64,000 nt of DNA from Candidatus Fermentibacteraceae bacterium (GTDB lineage Bacteria > Fermentibacterota > Fermentibacteria > Fermentibacterales > JCC-6): NCBI GenBank assembly GCA_041686025.1, contig JAWLEP010000001.1, forward strand, positions 65,121-129,120, read 5' to 3'. Below are positions 58,073 through 64,000 of the stretch, piece after piece. The position numbers were made by a program, and so were the translations under genes. Numbering within the stretch: position 1 is the stretch's first letter; each line of letters begins with the position of its first letter. The notes beneath the pieces were generated by a model. The model searched no databases, was not told the DNA's origin, and was given only the letters and a program-made list of their open reading frames with translations.

Positions 58073-59493
58073 GCGCCGCTGCGCCGTCTGACAGAAGAGA
58101 CCGGGCGGTCACCGCCGGGCTGCTGCTGACGGCCGTCCTGCTGGCCGCCGGGGTGGCCGCGGACATGTTCGCCCTGGTAGTGGCTGCGGCCGCCGGCCTG
58201 GGAGCGGCGATCCTGGTGGTCGGATCACCCTACCGGACCATGCTGGCGGCGCTGGGGCTGCAGATATGCCTGAGCCTGGCCATGCTGGACACGGCGGCAT
58301 TCTACGCCGGCCCGGTTCTGGTGCGCCTGGACACCGTCGCCCTGGCCTGGGTCCTCCTCGTGTGGGCCGCGGCCCTGGCCGACGGAGCCCGCATCCCGGC
58401 CCGCCCCGGCCTCACCGGATGGCTGGCGGCGGCATTCACCGCCCTGGCGGCAGTGGCCACGGTGCAGGGTCTGGTCACCGGAAACGACCCCGAGGTGGTA
58501 TTCAGGTTCGCCCTGACCTACGCCGGCTACCTCTTCCTCTTTCCCTTCCTCTGGATCCTCTGCTCCACCCGAGACCCCCTGCCCCGGCTGGTTCGGATGC
58601 TGGTCCTCTTCGCCGGCGTGGCGGGGCTGTCCTACGTGATAGCAGGCATCACCGGCGAGGGGATGGGGCTCTACTACCGGCCCACCGGCATGCGCATAGC
58701 AACCAGACAGCCCAACGCCATGGCCGTGGTCCTGGTGATGCTGGGAGGCCTGCTCTGGCGCTCCCCCCGCAGCGCCCCCTCCCTGCTGCTCTCCGTTCCG
58801 GCTGCGGTGCTCATGGTGGCAGGCATACTCCTCTCGCAGACCAGGGGGCTGTGGCTGGGGATGGCCTGCGCCGTGGGTTTCATGTTCCTGGTTGGCCTCT
58901 TCAAGAGGGAGAGGGAGACCGCCGGGCCGGGAAGGCAGGTGCTGTCCCTGCTGGTGTTCGGCATCCTGGTGGGCGCCGGCGTCTTCCTGGTGGGGGCGCT
59001 GGATCTGCTCTCCACCGGCCAGCTGGCCCAGAGGACGGCCAGCGAGTCGGGCTCCTACCTCTTCGACGTGGCCATACTCTCCCGGTTCATCTCCTGGGGC
59101 GCGGTACTGGACAAGCTGCAGGGCGCCGCCCTGCTCTTCGGCCACGGCTTCGGGGAGACCATCACCTACTTCAAGCCGGAGATGGGGATGATGTGGACCA
59201 TGGCGGGAGTGGACGGGGCGCTGTTCCAGACGGCCCTGGTGGCGGGCATCTCGGGGGTGGCGGTCCTGGCGCTTCTCTACGTGGCGGGAGTGGTGGACGG
59301 AGCCAGGCTCTTCCTGGGAAGCGCCCACAGCGGCAGGGCCGCCCTGGCCCTCTCCTGCGCCGGCGGAATGGTGGTGGTGGCTGTGGCCTCCCTGTTCGCA
59401 TCGCCGGCCACCAACTACCGGTACACCGTTCTGTGGGCCCTGCTCTTCGCCATCGTCCGCTACCTGCGCCACCTGGAATCGGAGGGGGCCTGA
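58069..59493 (+). CDS. O-antigen ligase/Wzy-like membrane protein
   Basis: About 12 TMs, LSQTRGLW, R..W, LFGHGFG; GTGA overlap start. Confidence 0.65.
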   Translation: MSAAAPSDRRDRAVTAGLLLTAVLLAAGVAADMFALVVAAAAGLGAAILVVGSPYRTMLAALGLQICLSLAMLDTAAFYAGPVLVRLDTVALAWVLLVWAAALADGARIPARPGLTGWLAAAFTALAAVATVQGLVTGNDPEVVFRFALTYAGYLFLFPFLWILCSTRDPLPRLVRMLVLFAGVAGLSYVIAGITGEGMGLYYRPTGMRIATRQPNAMAVVLVMLGGLLWRSPRSAPSLLLSVPAAVLMVAGILLSQTRGLWLGMACAVGFMFLVGLFKRERETAGPGRQVLSLLVFGILVGAGVFLVGALDLLSTGQLAQRTASESGSYLFDVAILSRFISWGAVLDKLQGAALLFGHGFGETITYFKPEMGMMWTMAGVDGALFQTALVAGISGVAVLALLYVAGVVDGARLFLGSAHSGRAALALSCAGGMVVVAVASLFASPATNYRYTVLWALLFAIVRYLRHLESEGA

Positions 59494-60833
59494 TGGAGAG
59501 CCCCACCGGCAGGGGCCTGCTGCAGGCCCTGGAGCTTCTGGACGACGGCGTGATGGTGCTGGACTCCCGGCGGAGGGTCACCTACATGAACGCTGCGGCC
59601 TCCCGCATAACGGGCATTGACCCCGAAGAGGCCGCGGGGATGCAGTGCTCGCAGGTCCTCCGCTCCGACCGCTGCGGAAGCGACTGTCTGCTGGACCGGT
59701 CCCTGAGCCGGGGCGGTCCGGTGGAGTCCCGACAGGTCCAGATGGTGGACGCCCTGGGAAGCCGCAGGCTGCTGAGCATGAAGGCGCTGGCCGTTGCCGG
59801 CGGCGACGGCGAGCTGGAGTACGCCGTGGAGGTGTTCCGCGACCTCTCCAGCTCGGCCAGCCTGCGGGGACTGGAGAGGGTGGGGGGGCTGTACAGCATG
59901 AACAGCAGGATGCTGGAGATCTTCGAGCTGGTGCCCCTGGTGGCCGACAGCGGCAGCTCCGTCCTCCTGTGCGGCGAGAGCGGGACCGGCAAGGAGCTCC
60001 TGGCCCGCGCCATCCACGATACCGGCCCCCGGTCGGAGGGTCCCTTCGTCCCCGTGAACTGCGCCGCCATCCCCGACAGCCTCCTGGAATCCGAGCTCTT
60101 CGGGCACCGCAGGGGGGCGTTCACCGATGCCCGGGCCGACAAGCCCGGCCGCTTCGAGCTGGCCCGGGGAGGCACCATCTTCCTCGACGAGATAGGCGAC
60201 CTCTCCCCCGCCATACAGGCCAAGCTGCTGCGGGTGCTGCAGGACGGGACCTTCCTTCCCCTGGGAGCGGTGGAGGAGGAGCGGACGGACGCCAGGGTGA
60301 TAGCGGCCACCAACCGGCCCATCGACCGGATGGTGGAGGAGGAGGAGTTCCGGGCCGACCTCTACTACCGCATAAACGTGGTGCGCATCGACATTCCTCC
60401 CCTCAGGGAGAGGATGGAGGACGTGCCCCTTCTGGTGGAGCACTTCGTCTCCCGCTTCAACGCCGAGCTGGACCGGGAGGTGGAGGGGGTCACCGACGCC
60501 GCCCTCAGCGCCCTCATGGCCTGCGACTACCCGGGAAACGTCAGGGAGCTGGAGAACATGATCGAGAGGGCCTTCGTGCTGTGCCGGGAGGGTCGGATAG
60601 ACCTGAAGCATCTGCCCCCGGGAATCGTGGGCGGCGGGACCCCGCAGGGCGAGGACGGCCTGGAGAGGCTGGAGGCCTCCTACCTGATGAACGCCCTGAG
60701 GCGCAACGGCTGGAACCGTGCCCGGACCGCCCGGGAGCTGGGCATTCACAAGACCACCCTGTACCGGAAGATGAAGAGGTACGGCATCCGGCCCCCGGAC
60801 AGCGACGGTAGCGGCGATGCTCCGGCGCGGTGA
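59493..60833 (+). CDS. PAS-sigma54-dependent activator, OrpR-like
   Basis: PAS with C-x8-C-x3-C, GESGTGKE, GAFTDA, FLDEIGD, Fis HTH. Confidence 0.93.
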   Translation: MESPTGRGLLQALELLDDGVMVLDSRRRVTYMNAAASRITGIDPEEAAGMQCSQVLRSDRCGSDCLLDRSLSRGGPVESRQVQMVDALGSRRLLSMKALAVAGGDGELEYAVEVFRDLSSSASLRGLERVGGLYSMNSRMLEIFELVPLVADSGSSVLLCGESGTGKELLARAIHDTGPRSEGPFVPVNCAAIPDSLLESELFGHRRGAFTDARADKPGRFELARGGTIFLDEIGDLSPAIQAKLLRVLQDGTFLPLGAVEEERTDARVIAATNRPIDRMVEEEEFRADLYYRINVVRIDIPPLRERMEDVPLLVEHFVSRFNAELDREVEGVTDAALSALMACDYPGNVRELENMIERAFVLCREGRIDLKHLPPGIVGGGTPQGEDGLERLEASYLMNALRRNGWNRARTARELGIHKTTLYRKMKRYGIRPPDSDGSGDAPAR

Positions 60834-60837
60834 TGGC

Positions 60838-60857
60838 GGGTTGCGCCGCTGCAACCC
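60838..60857. promoter_or_regulatory. Putative upstream activator sequence
   Basis: GGGTTGC-N6-GCAACCC palindrome about 40 nt upstream of the sigma54 promoter. Confidence 0.5.
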
Positions 60858-60898
60858 CCCGGCCCGGCCGGCCCCTGCGCGGCGGGCCCCGAGAGCGG

Positions 60899-60914
60899 TG
60901 GCGCGGAATATGCT
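60899..60914 (+). promoter_or_regulatory. sigma54 -24/-12 promoter
   Basis: TGGCGCGGAATATGCT (GG-N10-GC). Confidence 0.75.
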
Positions 60915-60929
60915 TCAAGACGAGTCGAG

Positions 60930-61358
60930 ATGATAGCAGCAGTTGCGGCATGCCAGGACGGAACGGTGGCCCCGGCGCTGGACTTCGCGCCGGAGGTGCG
61001 CCTCTACGACCTCTCCCCGGACGGGGAGGCCCGCCGCCTGGAGACGGTGCGGCCCCCGGGCAGGGGAATGGACGCTCTCCTGGCCGGCAGGCTCAGGCGC
61101 AGTGGAGCGCAGGCGGTGGTCTGCGGGGGCATATCCCGCCCCATGCTCTGGATGCTGGCCGAGTCCGGCATGACCGTCTACCCGGGAGTCTCCGGGCCCG
61201 TGGAGCGGGCGCTGAGGAAGCTCTCCGCGGGAGAGCTGGGCAGCATGACCCCCGGCGGCTGGCGCGGCAGGGGAAGAAGGGCGGGCCGCAGACGTGGCCG
61301 GGGAGGCCGGCGCGGCGGCCGCAGAGGAGGCAACAACGGAAAGGGACCACGAAGATGA
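60930..61358 (+). CDS. NifB/NifX family protein with RG-rich tail
   Basis: VAPALDFA, AVVCGGIS, GRGRR/GGRRGG C-tail. Confidence 0.8.
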   Translation: MIAAVAACQDGTVAPALDFAPEVRLYDLSPDGEARRLETVRPPGRGMDALLAGRLRRSGAQAVVCGGISRPMLWMLAESGMTVYPGVSGPVERALRKLSAGELGSMTPGGWRGRGRRAGRRRGRGGRRGGRRGGNNGKGPRR

Positions 61359-61711
61359 AGATACTCCTGACCGCCAAGGGCGACAGCCTGGACAGCGGCT
61401 TCGACAGCAGGTTCGGCAGAGCGGCCTGGTTCCTGGTGCACGACACCGAGACCGGGGAGACCGAGGCCCATCGCAACGAGGCGGTGTCGGCCGGACACGG
61501 CGCCGGCGTAAGGGCCGGGAGCCTGGCCGCCGGTTTGGGGTGCGATGCCGCCGTGGGCGGGAACATCGGCCCCAAGGCCTTCAGCACGCTTCAGCAGGCC
61601 GGGGTGAGCGTATACCTCAGCGACGCGGAGACCGCCGGCGAGGCCCTGCAGCAGTTCCTGGACGGCCGGCTCCCCGAGCAGGGCGGGGCCAACGTCCGCT
61701 CGCACCGGTAG
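61355..61711 (+). CDS. NifB/NifX family (orange protein-like) metal-cluster binding protein
   Basis: LDSGFDSRFGRA, GAGVRA, GNIGPKAF..L..AGV. Confidence 0.9.
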   Translation: MKILLTAKGDSLDSGFDSRFGRAAWFLVHDTETGETEAHRNEAVSAGHGAGVRAGSLAAGLGCDAAVGGNIGPKAFSTLQQAGVSVYLSDAETAGEALQQFLDGRLPEQGGANVRSHR

Positions 61712-61727
61712 CAGTGGGGACGGCAGT

Positions 61728-61832
61728 GGGGACGGAGGTATTTTAACTCAAATACGCTACTAATACGGAAACTGAGCTGCAGGCCCCTGCTACGCATTAG
61801 TCGCGTATTTGAGTTAAAATACCTCCGTCCCC
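61728..61832. repeat. REPIN/MITE-like palindromic element, copy 2
   Basis: Perfect 30-bp inverted repeat 61728-61757 / 61803-61832 (+6 bp after one mismatch), followed by TTTTT. Confidence 0.85.
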
Positions 61833-61846
61833 TTTTTGCTGCGGGC

Positions 61847-61875
61847 TTGTCCGCGGCAGCGCGCCGGTCTATGCT
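61847..61875 (+). promoter_or_regulatory. Putative sigma70 promoter of ackA
   Basis: TTGTCC-N17-TATGCT. Confidence 0.55.
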
Positions 61876-61929
61876 AGTCTGTCAGGTCGATTGTCCCGGC
61901 AGTCCATACACGCGACGGAGGCTTTCAGA

Positions 61930-63126
61930 ATGAAGATCCTCGTACTCAACAGCGGCAGCTCCTCCATCAAGTTCAGGCTCATGGAGAGCGACACCGGCGG
62001 GGTGCTGGCCAGGGGCCTCATCGAGAGAATCGGTGAGGAGACCGGGCGGATGAGGTACCGGCCGGGCAACGACGGTGAGGTGGTGCGGGAGGAGCCCATC
62101 GGGGACCACAGGAAGGGCCTCTCCATGGTCCTGGAGACCCTCACCGACACCCGGGTGGGGGCACTGGAGAGCCTGGAGGAGATAGACGCCATCGGGCACC
62201 GGGTGGTCCACGGCGGCGAGAAGTTCTCCGACTCGGTGATGATAGACGACGACGTCATAGCCGGCATCGAGGAGTGCAGTCCCATGGCCCCCCTCCACAA
62301 CCCCCACAACCTGGAGGGCATATGGGCGGCCGTGAAGAACCTGCCCGGAGTCCCCAACGTGGCCGTCTTCGACACCGCCTTCCACCAGACCATGCCCCCG
62401 GTAGCCTACGTCTACCCGCTCCCCTGGGAGTACTACGAGGAGAAGAGGATGCGGCGCTACGGGTTCCACGGCCCCTCCCACCAGTACGTCTCCGCCAGGG
62501 CGGCGGAGATGATGGGCCGGCCCCTGGAGGATCTCTGCGTGATAACGTGCCACCTGGGCAACGGCTGCAGCCTCACGGCGGTGAAGAACGGCCGCAGCAT
62601 CGACACCAGCCTGGGATACGGCACCATGTGCGGCGTGATGATGGGCACCCGCTCGGGGGACGTGGACCCGGCCATAATCGTGGAGCTGGCCAAGAGCCAC
62701 GGCCTGACGCCGGACGACATCAACAGGGTGATCTACAAGGAGAGCGGCCTCCTGGGCATCTCCGGCGTATCCCGGGACATGCGGGACGTGGAGGAGGCCG
62801 CCGAGGAGGGCAATCACCGCGCGGTCCTGGCCCTGGACCTCTTCGCCGACAAGGTCCGCAAGTACATAGGCGGCTACGCCGTCACCATGGGCGGCCTGGA
62901 CGCCATAGTCTTCACCGCCGGGGTGGGGGAGAACGGACCGGAGATCCGGGAGAGGATCTGCAGCGGACTGGAGGTCCTGGGAGCCTCCATTGACCCGGAG
63001 AAGAATTTGGCCCGGGGACGGGAGGAGGACATCACCGCCCCCGACAGCCGGGTGCGGGTCCTGGTGATACCCACCAACGAGGAGCTGATGATAGCCCGCG
63101 AGACCGCCAGGCTGGTGGGCAGCTGA
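61930..63126 (+). CDS. ackA: Acetate kinase
   Basis: MKILVLNSGSSSIK, GHRVVHGG, APLHN, FDTAFH, HLGNG, PTNEE. Confidence 0.97.
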   Translation: MKILVLNSGSSSIKFRLMESDTGGVLARGLIERIGEETGRMRYRPGNDGEVVREEPIGDHRKGLSMVLETLTDTRVGALESLEEIDAIGHRVVHGGEKFSDSVMIDDDVIAGIEECSPMAPLHNPHNLEGIWAAVKNLPGVPNVAVFDTAFHQTMPPVAYVYPLPWEYYEEKRMRRYGFHGPSHQYVSARAAEMMGRPLEDLCVITCHLGNGCSLTAVKNGRSIDTSLGYGTMCGVMMGTRSGDVDPAIIVELAKSHGLTPDDINRVIYKESGLLGISGVSRDMRDVEEAAEEGNHRAVLALDLFADKVRKYIGGYAVTMGGLDAIVFTAGVGENGPEIRERICSGLEVLGASIDPEKNLARGREEDITAPDSRVRVLVIPTNEELMIARETARLVGS

Positions 63127-64000
63127 GGGTCCTCTGCGGAATACCCGAAGAGGCGGCGCGGCGGGCCGGCAGGCCCGCCGTCCTGCTTTCGCGGCGGAGG
63201 GCCAGGGTCAACATCCGCGCCATGGCGGAGAAGGCCCGCAGGCTGGGTCTGGGGTTCCGGCCGCATTTCAAGACCCACCAGTCGCTGGAGGTGGGCGGCT
63301 GGTTCCGTGACGCCGGCGTACGGTCGATTGCCGTATCCTCCCTGGAGATGGCCCGATACTTCATCTCCGACGGCTGGAGCGACATCACACTGGCCATTCC
63401 CCTCAACCCCCGTCAGCTCTCCCTGGCCCGGGAGCTCTGCGCCCGGGCCGAGCTGGGGTTCACGGTGGACTCCGAGGAGGCGCTGCGGGCCATTGGCCGC
63501 ATGGGGTCCCACCGGAAGCCCCCGGTCTGGCTGGAGCTGGACTGCGGCGACGGCCGGACGGGCGTCCGCTGGGACGACGGCCCACTCCTGGAGAGGCTGG
63601 CCGAGACCGCCTTCGCGGAGGGTCTGAGGCTGGCGGGGGTGCTTTCCCACGCCGGCCAGACCTACGCCGCCGCCGGCCCTTCGGGGGTGCTGGAGGCCCA
63701 CGGGACGGCCATGGAGCGTCTGGAGACGGCCCTGGAGGCGCTGGGAGACCGGGCGGAGGGGATAGAGGTCTCCTGGGGCGACACGCCCTCCTGTCGCCTG
63801 GCCGACGGTTTCGGGCCCGCCACCGAGCTGCGTCCCGGGAACTTCGTGTTCTTCGACCTGATGCAGCTGATGCTGGGCTCGTGCAGCCCGGAGGAGATAG
63901 CCGTATCCGTCCTCTGCCCGGTGATATCCTCCCGTCCGGCGGAGGGACGGGCCGTACTGTACGGCGGGGCCGTGCACTTGTCAAAAGAGTACTTGACACT
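63123..64000 (+). CDS. Fold-type III PLP enzyme (D-serine dehydratase/D-threonine aldolase-like), 3' end outside window; not in ORF track
   Basis: RPHFKTH PLP lysine, ELDCGDGRTGV, SHAGQTY, GDTP, ELRPGNFVFFD; start uncertain (CTG 63123 or ATG 63222). Confidence 0.88.
   Translation, partial: MRVLCGIPEEAARRAGRPAVLLSRRRARVNIRAMAEKARRLGLGFRPHFKTHQSLEVGGWFRDAGVRSIAVSSLEMARYFISDGWSDITLAIPLNPRQLSLARELCARAELGFTVDSEEALRAIGRMGSHRKPPVWLELDCGDGRTGVRWDDGPLLERLAETAFAEGLRLAGVLSHAGQTYAAAGPSGVLEAHGTAMERLETALEALGDRAEGIEVSWGDTPSCRLADGFGPATELRPGNFVFFDLMQLMLGSCSPEEIAVSVLCPVISSRPAEGRAVLYGGAVHLSKEYLT

Noticed and set aside
59493..60833. GAFTDA instead of GAFTGA as a sign of an inactive activator
   Set aside because: GAFTDA is a common variant, and a well-formed sigma54 promoter lies directly downstream

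Overview
High-GC bacterial chromosomal segment, almost entirely + strand. Gene content (superoxide reductase, flavodiiron protein, ORP/NifX proteins, acetate kinase, carbamate kinase, lgt/lspA, beta-barrel-like proteins) suggests a diderm anaerobe; an FCB-group affinity is only an inference from gene order and motif variants. 1-35.5 kb is housekeeping: mreBCD-mrdA-rodA, lgt, comF, dnaE, M29 aminopeptidase, degenerate PNP-ileS-lspA-arcC, tRNA-Val(GAC), thrS-infC-rpmI-rplT, zapB-like-zapA-rny-ymdB-ispA-dxs-nadK-recN-pgsA-smc-ftsY. 35.5-51 kb is an accessory patchwork (small transferases, oxidoreductases, ECF sigma/anti-sigma, photolyase pseudogene, DOMON, GGDEF). 51-64 kb holds hisS, a PP2C sensor, an oxidative-stress operon with a Fur/PerR-type box, an OrpR-like sigma54 activator with two NifB/NifX genes, ackA and a partial PLP enzyme. 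The best unannotated signals are: (i) a hidden transcription unit (ECF-type promoter with the same conserved elements as the one before the ECF sigma operon, 29-codon ORF, terminator) at 35.5-35.7 kb; (ii) two REPIN/MITE-like hairpin elements sharing 18-bp ends but with different self-complementary inner arms; (iii) a 2.5-kb three-gene block bounded by a perfect 12-bp AT-rich inverted repeat; (iv) non-canonical start codons; (v) a catalytically degenerate PNP-fold gene behind a leader hairpin. No CRISPR array, rRNA, integrase or transposase gene was seen. All calls are from motif recognition by eye, without database searches.
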